From an uncultured Desulfospira sp. (GTDB lineage Bacteria; Desulfobacterota; Desulfobacteria; Desulfobacterales; Desulfobacteraceae), in contig OY760175.1 of NCBI GenBank assembly GCA_963663165.1, positions 5,376,001 to 5,440,000 of the forward strand: 64,000 nucleotides of DNA, given 5' to 3'. Below the pieces are notes generated by a model. The model did no database searches, was not told the origin of the DNA, and worked only from the letters and a program-made list of their open reading frames with translations. A program made the position numbers and the translations under genes. Below are positions 20,040-30,751 of this stretch, piece by piece. How positions within the stretch are numbered: position 1 is the stretch's first letter; each line of letters begins with the position of its first letter.

Positions 20040-20828
20040 TTATTGGGGTATGGACTGGGGATTAGTAGTGTTCGTTGTGTTGGGACCTTCCGTTCGATAA
20101 CTGAGTCCGTCCCGGATATTAATGATGTGAACATTGTGCATCAATCGATCGATAATGGCATGAGTTACAACCGGATCTCCCAGAGTCGTCCCCCAATCCT
20201 CAAGACTGATTGAAGATGTGGCAATAAAGGCGGTATCGTCCTGGCAGACGCTGATCAAATCCAGCAGCAGGCTGGGATATTCCGGCTTTGTGCGGATACC
20301 GCCCACATTATCTATGATCAGAAGATCAAAACGGCTTAAGCCGGCGACCACCTCATCGGTGGATTCGTCAGCCAATGACGTATACAGCATGGCCAGAAGT
20401 TTTTGCAGGGAAAAAAATCGAACCTTATAACCCGCACGGCAGGCCTGGTCGCCAAGGGCTGAGGCAATATGAGTTTTGCCCGTGCCGGTTTTCCCAAAAA
20501 TAAGCAGCGGCTGCTTTCGATCCACAAAGGATAGCTCCATCAGATCTTTGAGGTGCTCTACATTCAGGCTTGGCTGGAAGTTAAAATCAAAGTTATCAAA
20601 GGTCATGTTTCTGGGGAAATCCGCTGTTTTTAGCCGCTTTTCAAGGGATCGGTGCTTTCTTGCCTTCATCTGTACGTCCACGATGTCGGCCAGGAACGCC
20701 AAATGACCGGATTGATTTTTCTGCGCCTTGGCAAGGGCCTGCTCCAGATATTGGGCCATATCCTTGAGATAAAGCTTGCGCAGTTTCTTTTTAACCTGGT
20801 CGCTTAAGTTTTCATTCATCCTTGCCAT
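20040..20828 (-). CDS. istB: IS21 ATPase IstB
   Basis: FDFNFQP, GKTGTGKTHIA, DLLIIDNVG, AIIDRLMH. Confidence 0.92.
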   Translation of the reverse strand: MARMNENLSDQVKKKLRKLYLKDMAQYLEQALAKAQKNQSGHLAFLADIVDVQMKARKHRSLEKRLKTADFPRNMTFDNFDFNFQPSLNVEHLKDLMELSFVDRKQPLLIFGKTGTGKTHIASALGDQACRAGYKVRFFSLQKLLAMLYTSLADESTDEVVAGLSRFDLLIIDNVGGIRTKPEYPSLLLDLISVCQDDTAFIATSSISLEDWGTTLGDPVVTHAIIDRLMHNVHIINIRDGLSYRTEGPNTTNTTNPQSIPQ

Positions 20829-22314
20829 CCATTGTTTTTCTGTTAATCAGGTGGTCATACCTTTGTGGGTTATCCTGCTCCACTGAACAGGATTTCAAAT
20901 AGCTCCGGGTGTTGTTGGGCAGACCTTTTCCGGCTTTTGTTTTGTTTGAAGCTTTAATGTTTTTCCCCTGGATGATACGCAGGACGGCATCAGCACTAAA
21001 TGAGTCAAACCGCGTGGCATGAGCTAATGCCCCTGAGACCACATCCGCACCATAGCGGTCGGCATATTTGAGGATACGGCCCATATGGTACCCGGCAGCG
21101 CTTTTCCGGGTTTCTTTCAATCCGTTATAATAGACCTGCGCCACCTCACCCAATCTCAAAAAGGCATCTTTGAGCAATTGACTCTGGCCTGTCATCTTCC
21201 TGTACAGGGCTTCATGTTCAGGCAACACCTGCCTGTCTTCTTGAGTGTAAACATGCCGGCAATCCATCGTTTCATCACACCATATTTCAATGTGATCACG
21301 GAACAAACGGACCTGGACATAACGGCCTATCAGTTCAGGATTGGCAGAGTATCGTTTTTTGTCGATGGTGACACAAAAATCAACGTTAACAAGTCGACGT
21401 ACTTCCTTAAAAAATTGATCCGTTTTATTCCATGGCACAGGCTTTAACAGACTTTTTTCCCTTGCCAGGCGATCCACAGGCCTTTCCCGGGTGGTACCGT
21501 GGATACGGACATTGGCTGTGTTCGCCCGCCAGGCATCGGCCTTGTTATTGAGATCCTCAAGATCAATAAATTCTTTGCCTCTAAGGAAATTGTCTTCAAT
21601 ATACCGGAACGGCCGCTCTACCTTGCCGTGTCGTTCCTTTTTGCCGGGTAGAAGGATGACGATCTCAAAGTCATACTCCTGGGCAAACCGTTTAAATACC
21701 GGATTGATCCAAACGGTTCCGGGGCCCGTGTGCCTGCCCACCGTGGTCATATTGTCATAGGTGATTTTGTGGGGAACCGCCCCGATCTCGTCAAACGCCT
21801 CTTCATGCAACCGGATCACTGATTCTATAGTTTCATCAAAAAAGTGACGTATAAATATCCAACGACTGAAGCACAATACAAAAGATCCGGTATGCACCAC
21901 CACGCGTTGTCCACCCATGTACACACTATGAGGACTCCAGTCCATCTGCCCCTCATCTCCAGGGGCATGATCAATTGGAGGCCTGGGCACCTTCAAGCCT
22001 TTGGGCCGGATTATTCTGATATACTCCTTGAGGATGGAGTATCCGCCCGTGTACCCCAACAACGTGATCTCTTCCAACACCCGAACCCCGCTGAGATGTT
22101 TTTCTTTTACAAGGTAACCGATTTTGGCCTTGTAAGGATCAAGTTTGCTTTTGCGGGGACTGGTTTGAGGCGCATTAATAACATTGTTGCAGCCCAATGC
22201 CCTGCGCACTGCCTTGCGGCTGTGCCCGGTCTGTTTTGCTGTCTGACGGATGGATGCTGTGCGCCCAAAGACTTTACGAATACGTTCCTGTTCCTTTTCA
22301 CTCAACCGGCTCAT
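20812..22314 (-). CDS. istA: IS21 transposase IstA
   Basis: SKLDPYK, PGDEGQMDW, YDNM, GKVERPFRYI, RIHGTTRERP. Confidence 0.92.
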   Translation of the reverse strand: MSRLSEKEQERIRKVFGRTASIRQTAKQTGHSRKAVRRALGCNNVINAPQTSPRKSKLDPYKAKIGYLVKEKHLSGVRVLEEITLLGYTGGYSILKEYIRIIRPKGLKVPRPPIDHAPGDEGQMDWSPHSVYMGGQRVVVHTGSFVLCFSRWIFIRHFFDETIESVIRLHEEAFDEIGAVPHKITYDNMTTVGRHTGPGTVWINPVFKRFAQEYDFEIVILLPGKKERHGKVERPFRYIEDNFLRGKEFIDLEDLNNKADAWRANTANVRIHGTTRERPVDRLAREKSLLKPVPWNKTDQFFKEVRRLVNVDFCVTIDKKRYSANPELIGRYVQVRLFRDHIEIWCDETMDCRHVYTQEDRQVLPEHEALYRKMTGQSQLLKDAFLRLGEVAQVYYNGLKETRKSAAGYHMGRILKYADRYGADVVSGALAHATRFDSFSADAVLRIIQGKNIKASNKTKAGKGLPNNTRSYLKSCSVEQDNPQRYDHLINRKTMDGKDE

Positions 22315-23134
22315 GGTGCCCTCCTATCAACTCATTGAGCCGTTTCATCCGGGCACCGGCCCGCCCTATAAAGTCTTTAAGGGCGCAGACCTTGGAACCA
22401 TTGATCGTGCCGCTGCCAATGCAGTTGTTCAGCTTGGACATTTTTGAAAGAATGGCATCAATAATCAAATAATAATTTTCCTTGTCCCGGCTTACGGACT
22501 CCAGCGCTTGCCTGGGAGATTCAAGCAGGTGGCGCCTGGCTCCGGGATCACTGGTCTTGCACCACAGGTCCACCAGACGGTTCACCTCCCGGGTTTTAAG
22601 GTTGTGTTTTTGAATACAAAGAGAAAAATCGGCCTGGGTTGCAGGCTGCAACCGCGCCAGTGACGGACCGACCCCGGCAGGGAGCAGCCCAAGTTTGATA
22701 TCGTGGACAATTTCCGGGGTCAGGCTGCGGATCATGGAAAGCCGTCGGCAAACCCAGCTTTTATGCCGCTCAAGGAGTATCGCCGCTTCAACCTGATTGA
22801 GCCCTTCTATTTCTACAAGTTCCCAGACCACCAGGGCCTCCATGATCGTGGAAAACCCATCCGGGCGGTTCAGAAGGTAGAGCAATGCCTTGGCTTCTGC
22901 AGCACTTTTTTTCAACACAGCCACTTTAAGCGTCTTCATGCCAAGAAGGCCTGCACAGCGATGCCGCTTGAAACCGTCTATTAAAATATGGCAACCTCCT
23001 TGCTCAACCGCAACAACAGCCGTTAATTGGCCATGCTTGACTAATGAAGCCGCCATCTTTTCCTGGGCACCGGCGTGGACCGGCCGCAGGAATCCCAGAC
23101 GTAAATCCAATTGGTCCGGACGCAGGTTAATCAT
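22298..23134 (-). CDS. ParB/Srx N-terminal domain + HTH protein
   Basis: SLVKHGQL..V, LIDGFKR, HTH QVEAAILLERHKSWVCRRL. Confidence 0.8.
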   Translation of the reverse strand: MINLRPDQLDLRLGFLRPVHAGAQEKMAASLVKHGQLTAVVAVEQGGCHILIDGFKRHRCAGLLGMKTLKVAVLKKSAAEAKALLYLLNRPDGFSTIMEALVVWELVEIEGLNQVEAAILLERHKSWVCRRLSMIRSLTPEIVHDIKLGLLPAGVGPSLARLQPATQADFSLCIQKHNLKTREVNRLVDLWCKTSDPGARRHLLESPRQALESVSRDKENYYLIIDAILSKMSKLNNCIGSGTINGSKVCALKDFIGRAGARMKRLNELIGGHHEPVE

Positions 23135-23549
23135 TTGGACCTCCGGCTATATTGAGGCTTTTTTGAAAAATCTCCCCGATTGAGATAAGGCCACTGCCGC
23201 CGGTGGGTTGCTTAGGCGCCTTGGACGTCGGTGCTGCAACATTTTTTTTGGGAAGGGAAAGCACTTGAAACAGTCGGCCGTCAAAGGCTATGAGATCTTT
23301 ATCAATGAGCCCGTTCCTGGCCTGGATATATTCGTCCAGGCGGATGGCCGTCAATGAACAGATTTTATCATAGCCGTAATAAGACATTCCCTGACGATCT
23401 GCCACCATCACCAGAAAAAGGTACAGCACAAGCTCCTGGTGGTTCAGGCTGCCCCAATACCCCTGGCGGATAAACCGGTGGCTTATCCATGCGAAACTGC
23501 CGTTAATTTTTCTAATTCGATGGTCCTTCAACGGTTCCTTGGTAATCAT
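23127..23549 (-). CDS. Small winged-HTH-like hypothetical protein
   Basis: RIRKINGSFAWI...LYLFL..VADRQGMSYY; start at 23549 after an AAGGAGG RBS. Confidence 0.65.
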   Translation of the reverse strand: MITKEPLKDHRIRKINGSFAWISHRFIRQGYWGSLNHQELVLYLFLVMVADRQGMSYYGYDKICSLTAIRLDEYIQARNGLIDKDLIAFDGRLFQVLSLPKKNVAAPTSKAPKQPTGGSGLISIGEIFQKSLNIAGGPND

Positions 23550-23982
23550 TTTTACCCTCCTTGGAAATATAATGATGAAAATTGTCGCCTGAATACCGTC
23601 TGCCATATCCCCGCCGGGGGAATTGATCTACAATCAGACCTTTTCTTCCGCAAAAACAGCAGCATGGATGGGAAGACGGAGGCGTTACCCGAAGACTATC
23701 ATTGGATTTGGAGGGTGTTGAAGTGTCATCATCCACGGTTTTTTGAGAATTTCTTAATCTCCGCTCTTTTTCCTGCCGACGATGGGCTAACTTACCTTTT
23801 TCAGTTTGTCGATATTTCTTCTGGGCGTTACGGTGAGCTTCTCTTTGAGCAGTTTCCCGACAGGATTCACAGCAATAAATCTGTCCACGCCAGCAACTGT
23901 GGCAGATATAAAAAATGCTGCCGCATCGTTTACACTGGATTTCTTTTAATAAAACGATCTCCACATTTTCCGTTCTTGCCAT
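23512..23982 (-). CDS. Cys-rich Zn-finger hypothetical protein
   Basis: CKRC...ICHSCWRGQIYCCESC; C-terminal CCFCG. Confidence 0.65.
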   Translation of the reverse strand: MARTENVEIVLLKEIQCKRCGSIFYICHSCWRGQIYCCESCRETAQREAHRNAQKKYRQTEKGKLAHRRQEKERRLRNSQKTVDDDTSTPSKSNDSLRVTPPSSHPCCCFCGRKGLIVDQFPRRGYGRRYSGDNFHHYISKEGKNDYQGTVEGPSN

Positions 23983-24261
23983 AAAACGGAAGCCGTGATT
24001 ATATGAAGATGTTGGGTAGCTTCCGTATTTTATATGGATGTCTGCTTTTTGAAGGCTCGAAGCGGCCTACTTCGAGCCTTCCTTATTTTTCAAATCCATC
24101 CAAGAAACAAAACCAAATTCAAAGAAAAAAAGGAAGAAAATATATTTTTAAAATATGGGATGAAGAAGAGACAAAGTAAAAAGGATGGAGGCTTTGTTAC
24201 CGGCTAAAGGGGTGGCCTGCTTCATCGCCATAGGTGGGGACGGTTACGACCGGCGGTAACA

Positions 24262-25639
24262 CTATGGGGCCATGAAGACATTCTCAGAGATTACTATGCG
24301 AGCATTGAATTATTTCAATATCAGCCACAAGCATCTGAGTTTCGACACAACTTCAGTAACTGTCCAAGGCGACTACCTTCTATACTCGAAAGAAAAAGGG
24401 CCTGACGATACGATGAATATTGTACACGGCCACAGCAAGGACCACCGTCCGGATCTCAAACAGTTTCTGGTAAAGATGTTATGTGTGGACCGAACAATCC
24501 CGGTATTCGGTCAAACTGAGGATGGAAACGCATCTGATAAAACGGTCAATAACGAAGTCCTGTCATCAATATCAAAATATATGGCGAACAACGGAATCCA
24601 TAAAGATGGATTCATCTACATTGCAGACTCAGCCATGGTGACTAAAAAGAACCTTGAAGAAATAGGAGACAAAATTCAATTTATCAGCAGGCTTCCCGCA
24701 AACTATAAAGCGTGTTCTCAATTGATCAAAGAGGCCGTAACCAAAGACGATTGGACAACTCTTGGCAAGTTATCCGAGACAACAGAAACTCAAAATCGTC
24801 CTGCAGCAGTGTACAAGTCATGGGAAACCGAAACCACCCTTCATGGCAGATCCTACCGGGTAATCGTAGTGCACTCCAGTGCCCATGACAAAAGGAGACA
24901 AAAACGGATTGACCGTGAGCTGGAGAATGAGCATGCGGATCTTTCAAAAAAAGCAAACGCTCTGGCAAAACAAGAGTTCTTCTGCCAGGAAGATGCAGAA
25001 AAGGCCGCCGTTGACCTGAAAAATGGTAAACATAAATATTATGCCCCGACAACAAAAATCTCTGAGCGCCCAAAATACAAACGAGGCAGACCTAAAAAGG
25101 ATGGTTCCCGTTCATTGGACAAAATGATGTATGCTGTTACATCTGAACTAGAAGAGACCGAGGCTGCAACAGATCTGCGAAAAGAAGCAGGATGCTTTGT
25201 TCTGATATGCAATGTGCCTTCGGCCGGGGCTGACAAATATAGTTCCTACGATGTCCTTCGGGCCTACAAGGATCAGTACGGGATTGAACAGAACTTTGGA
25301 TTTCTGAAAAACACCCCCCTTGTAAATTGCGTATTTCTCAAAAAAGCAGAACGAATAGAGGTGCTTGCCCTTGTCTTGCTATTGTCTCTTTTGATTTGGC
25401 GGCTTATTGAGTACAATATGAGACGATATACAAAAGAGGAAAATAGAGACCTTCCCGGCTGGAAAAAAAGAAGGACAGATAAACCGACATCTTTCATGGT
25501 GATGAGTAGTTTCCAATATCAGTTGGTTCTTAAAATTGGAAAGCACCGAAAACTGGCCAGGCCGCTAAACAATAATCAACGGGAGTATTTGATGGCCTTG
25601 GGGTTAAACTCCAAAATTTTCACAGTACCTGGAGGGTAA
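24262..25639 (+). pseudogene. IS1634 transposase, C-terminal part
   Basis: SFDTTS, GHSKDHRPDLKQ, GNASD, IADS, YKDQYGIEQNFGFLK. Confidence 0.9.
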
Positions 25640-25699
25640 TTGACGTTGCACGCACAAAAAAAATACGGATTTATCACAAATTAGGGTGCGGAATGTGAG

Positions 25700-26207
25700 C
25701 TCCAGGCAACAAAAATGACCTGAAGGGCAGATTGGATATTTTGGTGCTTCCGAAAAAAGGCAGATGCAACAAGGCGGAATATGAAGAAGAAACAGCGGAA
25801 GATTTCATTCGTTTTAAAAGAAAACATTCAGCGGTGGAATCTGCCATAAACGGACTGGAAAATCATGGTCTTGACAGATGCCCGGATCATGGCATTCAAG
25901 GGTTTAAGAGGTATGTGAGCCTGTCGGTTTTGGCAAGAAATCTCCAGATCATCGGGCATCACATACAACAAAAGGGATTAAAAAAGCTGCAAGGGTCTGA
26001 ACAGCGCAAAGCAGCTTAAAACAGGCCATTGCTTAAAAAAAACACGGCAAACACTACAGTTGCGTCCGGAAAAGGAGAAAGTTGCCGAAAACCGGCAGAG
26101 ATGGAAGCATTTCTCCCGGTTTGTGATGACAGGAACAACAAAGATTTAAGGTTTTTTCAAACATCGACCCCCTGAAAATTTCAAAATCGGGGTTTCCGGT
26201 CAGGCAC
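25700..26207 (+). mobile_element. Truncated right part of the ISNCY-like element
   Basis: Near-identical to ~29885-30392; left side removed by IS1634. Confidence 0.9.
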
Positions 26208-26670
26208 TAAATAATATTAAAAAATATCGTTTCCACTCGGAAAGAGTGGGTATCCCTGAACCATTGGGGGCAGTATTATAGTTAATGGTTACAGTTTCTT
26301 CCCAAACTGATGGTATCCATGGTGATCCTGAAGGCCCCTGTAACTGGAAGCTGATTTCCATTATTGAGCCATTTTCTGCATCCCCAACGGCTCTATAAAC
26401 AAGACTTGCGTTTTCTCCAACCAGGATACTATCGGGGATGTCTTCTTCTTTTTCTAGAAAATCGACCCCCTGAATAACAGTTTTAGTTACGGTAATATTT
26501 ATTCCTGTCATGCTGTCGGCACTATCACCGGCATTATTTGCCGTAAAGCTTATTGTTTCTCCCGGCATAATTGTATATTCAGAATAACAATTATTTACAC
26601 TTATACATATCAAAAAGAAAATAAAAAAAGATGCCACGATATTTTTTATAAAAATTTTCAGAATACTCAT
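26208..26670 (-). pseudogene. Secreted protein with IPTL-CTERM sorting motif, truncated by IS
   Basis: N-terminal signal peptide; GIPTLSEW followed by a hydrophobic stretch cut at the IS end. Confidence 0.7.
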
Positions 26671-27542
26671 TGTTGTTGTCCCTCCCTGTAAAAAATTTTT
26701 AATTTTTTATCGAGTTCAGCATTTTCAACATCAACAACAAATTCAAATCCATTAAACATCGTTATTACTGCAAACTCTTTTCGTTTAATCTGCTTTGCCG
26801 TGAATTTGTTTTGATACCTTTCTGGCAATTGCTTTTTCAAAATTGCTTTATTATTTAAATCAACTATAATTACATAATTCGAGTTATTTTCAAAATTAGT
26901 AAATAATATATTACTTTCATCAATCCAGGTTATCCCAGATGTAATACTATAAAGATTCGCCTTTTCATAAACAATGCTTGAATATGTATTTTTTCCCTGA
27001 TTCTCTTTATCGAATCTGGGATATAGAGGTGTGCCACATTCTCTAGGGTCTAGTTTTTCTTGAATTTGAATACGATTTTGTCGTGGGGTCAATTCCAAAT
27101 TATAAAGCATCAATATGTCTCTACTAAAAGCATTGCTACTATAACTTCTTGGATAGTGTTTGATATAAACTAAATATTTATTGTCACTTGATACAGATGC
27201 ATTATAACCCCAAATTGTGTCAATCAATTCCAGTGAAGGAAAACTAATAATTATAAACAAATCTCCACCGGCCTTTAAGGCACCTCTTACTATTATTTTA
27301 TTATTAAATGTTGTCAATTTTATTATTTCTCTAGCGCGAATCAAATATTCCCGAACGGTTTTGTTTTTTGTCCTTTTTTCGACCGATTCGATCTTAATAT
27401 TTATTTTATTTTTTTGTTTAGTACATAATGATTTTATTAAATATGCATTAGTTTCTGTCTCTATTATATTTTCTGCTATGCTTATATTTGGATATATAAA
27501 AAAAAACATCACAAATAATATAAAAAATTTGATTATTCTCAT
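26667..27542 (-). CDS. Secreted hypothetical protein (candidate immunity protein)
   Basis: Signal peptide MRIIKFFILFVMFFF...SIA; very AT-rich; directly downstream of the 3D-like domain gene. Confidence 0.65.
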   Translation of the reverse strand: MRIIKFFILFVMFFFIYPNISIAENIIETETNAYLIKSLCTKQKNKINIKIESVEKRTKNKTVREYLIRAREIIKLTTFNNKIIVRGALKAGGDLFIIISFPSLELIDTIWGYNASVSSDNKYLVYIKHYPRSYSSNAFSRDILMLYNLELTPRQNRIQIQEKLDPRECGTPLYPRFDKENQGKNTYSSIVYEKANLYSITSGITWIDESNILFTNFENNSNYVIIVDLNNKAILKKQLPERYQNKFTAKQIKRKEFAVITMFNGFEFVVDVENAELDKKLKIFYREGQQQ

Positions 27543-27701
27543 CGCATATTCCTTTAATTAGATACTTTTATTGTCAAAAAATTACCGAGTGTTTGCACTT
27601 CATTGCACCCGGATGCCCCACCATAATTATCAATATGATGAAAATTATTATCACTACAAGCAGGACAGTAATCGGTCACGGTTTTTTTCCCAATAGTATG
27701 T

Positions 27702-27825
27702 CAATGTCATTAACTTAAGCGTTAATACAAGAAACTGGAAACAAGAGACAAGAGGGTGAAGCGCCGTTGGCGCCCATTTTATAACCCCTGCGCGCTATGC
27801 AAAATTTCTTAAGTTAATGGCATTG
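27702..27825. mobile_element. 124-bp MITE (IS4-like ends)
   Basis: 18-bp TIRs CAATG(T/C)CATTAACTTAAG; 10-bp TSD AATAGTATGT (27692-27701, 27826-27835). Confidence 0.9.
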
Positions 27826-28514
27826 AATAGTATGTATATAAATTATATCTCCACATTGAAGCACTGGATGATTTGGATGAACAGCAACGGTCTGCCCTGC
27901 TTGAACCGAGCTACCACATGACCCTATAATATTATTCACTTGAGCAAATGTGTTCGAAGTCCCACAAGGAGATGTTAATGGGTACCCAGTTGTCCAGCAG
28001 TAATTCCCCCATTGTAGACTTCCATACTCCGCAGATTCCCCACTTCCATTTTCATATACTTCAGAGATAAAATCAGATAATAAGGTTATGCTTGTATATT
28101 GGCATTGGGTATCAGACAAACAAGCATTGGCTGCCGTTCCTCCACATTCGTTTTCTATAGGGGTATTATATTGTGTATGTAAGTATATCCCCAAAACAGT
28201 AAAATAATAATAATACGAGGCTTGAATGGAAGAATCACCAGACGTCAATGTGGCTATAATTGAAGTGTATTCCCCTTCAGGTAAATTTTCTACATTAAAA
28301 GGGACTATATGTGTTCCGCCCGTTACAATGTCATTTAGGATTTCATGGATTAAACCATTATTATATTCTGCGGTTACTTGAAGAATTCCTAACATACTTG
28401 AAGGTTCAATAGCTACTGTTATTCCATTTTCAATATCAACCGATGTGATATCTATGCCTACAACAATAAAATTTTCTTCGAGAACAACATCATCTGCAAA
28501 AGATATTTTATATA

Positions 28515-30392
28515 GTGCCTGACCGGAAATTGGAACCATCATATTTTCCAGGGGTATCTGGGCTGAAATTCGTTTGAAGTTTCTGTTGTGATATGAATTA
28601 CTTGTTGCTTTTTACTAATTACTATGTTAATCTAACCCTATAAAATTATATAGGATTTATGTTTTGTGAGACAAGCCAATAGTAATTCAAACTTCAACAT
28701 TCCATCAGAACTTCGAGGTCGTTTTGCGTAAAATTTTTGAACTACAGATGACATTCGGGCAGACCCCTATCGATCAAATTAAAATTGATATGAGAGCCAG
28801 GGATGAAATCCCCAAACTTCTTTTGGGACTCCAACATATCTATTGCGACCAGAGTCTTCGACAAAAAGTTTTTGATATCCTCACGGACATGATCCCAGAA
28901 AGTACCGATTCTAAAAATGGACGTCCCGGTATGGACCTGTGGAAGATCCTTGTAATGGGCGTCATTCGGCTCAATTGCAATTGGGATTATGATAAACTCC
29001 AGGAAATGGTGAACAACCACAAAACAATAAGGCAGATGCTGGGGCATGGCATGATGGACAATGATATCGCCTACCCCCTTCAGACCCTGAAAGATAATGT
29101 CAGGCTTATGACCCCAGATATTCTTGACAAAATCAACACTCTGGTTGTGCAAGAAGGCCATAAACTTCTGATGAAAAAAAAACTTCGGACGATGGAGCCT
29201 TGATTGGGCGGTGTGATTCATTCGTTGTAGAAACCAATGTTCATTATCCCACAGATATCAACCTGCTTTTTGATGCAGTCCGAAAAATGATTCAAATTGC
29301 CGCTATTATCAGCCAGGACATTGGAACGAGTATGTGGCGGCAATCAGCGTATAATATTAAAGCATTTAAAAAGCTTTATCGAATAGTCCAGCGTTTGAAA
29401 CATTCCACATCAAAGGATGAAAAGAAAAAGGCCAAAAGAGTCCAGCAAATTATGGATGCCCATACAGCATATATCAAGCTTGCTGAAAAATATATTCAAA
29501 AGGCGCGATTGACCGTGGAAATGATACCGGCATCCGATATTATATGTGCAGCCCGAGCTGAAGAATTACAAACATATATCAACTACGCACTTTGGCAAAT
29601 TGATTTGATCAAACGCCGGGTGTTACAGGATGAAAAGATCCCCCATGAAGACAAGATTTTTTCGATTTTCGAACCCCACACGGAGTGGATTTCAAAAGGC
29701 AAGGCCGGTGTTCCCCAGGAATTGGGCTTGCGGGTATGTATCCTGGAGGACCAATATGGCTTTATCCTGCACCACCGGGTGATGGAGAAAGAAACCGATG
29801 ATAAAGTCGCCGTTGCGATGGTAACATTGGCACAAAGCAAATTTTCTGATCTCAAAGGATGCAGTTTTGATAAAGGGTTTTACTCTCCAGGCAACAAAAA
29901 TGACCTGAAGGGCAGATTGGATATTTTGGTGCTTCCGAAAAAAGGCAGATGCAACAAGGCGGAATATGAAGAAGAAACAGCGGAAGATTTCATTCGTTTT
30001 AAAAGAAAACATTCAGCGGTGGAATCTGCCATAAACGGACTGGAAAATCATGGTCTTGACAGATGCCCGGATCATGGCATTCAAGGGTTTAAGAGGTATG
30101 TGAGCCTGTCGGTTTTGGCAAGAAATCTCCAGATCATCGGGCATCACATACAACAAAAGGGATTAAAAAAGCTGCAAGGGTCTGAACAGCGCAAAGCAGC
30201 TTAAAACAGGCCATTGCTTAAAAAAAACACGGCAAACACTACAGTTGCGTCCGGAAAAGGAGAAAGTTGCCGAAAACCGGCAGAGATGGAAGCATTTCTC
30301 CCGGTTTGTGATGACAGGAACAACAAAGATTTAAGGTTTTGTCAAACATCGACCCCCTGAAAATTTCAAAATCGGGGTTTCCGGTCAGGCAC
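28515..30392 (+). mobile_element. ISNCY/IS5-like insertion sequence
   Basis: TIRs GTGCCTGACCGGAAA / TTTCCGGTCAGGCAC; TATATA on both flanks. Confidence 0.9.
28724..30204 (+). CDS. Transposase in two ORFs (28724-29203, 29200-30204), probably joined by a frameshift
   Basis: GRPGMDLW, RCDSFVVETNVHYPTD, SFDKGF, HSAVESAIN; A9 run at 29174-29182. Confidence 0.82.
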
Positions 30393-30457
30393 TATATAGT
30401 GAACACGAAATCAAACAAATCAATAACCATACTTTCCACATTGAATCATTCCCTCAG

Positions 30458-30751
30458 TTATAAATTGCCATTATTAATACTGCCACTAGCTTGAGAAATT
30501 GAATCTTCACCAGTAATAATGTCCCAATTTACAGGCATTGCTGGCTTTGTTTCCAAATATACTTTTTCCCCAAGCCCTAATGTAGTTCTATCTCGATTAG
30601 AAGGAGTTTCTGAAATTGTTCTTGATATGATATTAAAAACAGTAAACATTTAACTAAGAATGACATCGCTTGCAAAAATAGATGTTGCGTTAAAAACAAA
30701 TAGAGCAACAAACAACTTAATTGTTAGCAGATTTCTAATCACTTTCAACAC
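30458..30751 (-). pseudogene. Degraded secreted protein
   Basis: AGGAG RBS, GTG start and signal peptide; in-frame TAA, then SETPSNRDRTTLGLGEKVYL. Confidence 0.5.

Larger units (their letters stand above)
19722..24261 (-). mobile_element. Extended five-gene IS21-family transposon
   Basis: Ends TGTTATCGCCGG / CCGGCGGTAACA, 7-bp TSD CTATGGG (19715-19721, 24262-24268), internal end repeats. Confidence 0.9.
19226..25699 (+). mobile_element. IS1634-family element interrupted by an IS21-like element
   Basis: TIRs CTCACATTCCACACCC / GGGTGCGGAATGTGAG; transposase split into 19410-19721 and 24262-25639; flanks do not match (no TSD). Confidence 0.85.
27554..30441 (-). pseudogene. Secreted Cys-rich protein with C-terminal 3D-like domain (289 aa reconstructed), interrupted by an IS and a MITE
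   Basis: Removing 28515-30392, 27702-27825 and one copy of each TSD restores MWKVWLLICLISCSLYKISFA...TVAVHP...CGDIIYIHTIGKKTVTDYCPAC...HIDNY...stop. Confidence 0.75.

Noticed and set aside
19722..24261. CRISPR-associated transposon (CAST)
   Set aside because: No TniQ, Cas effector or array within the element ends.
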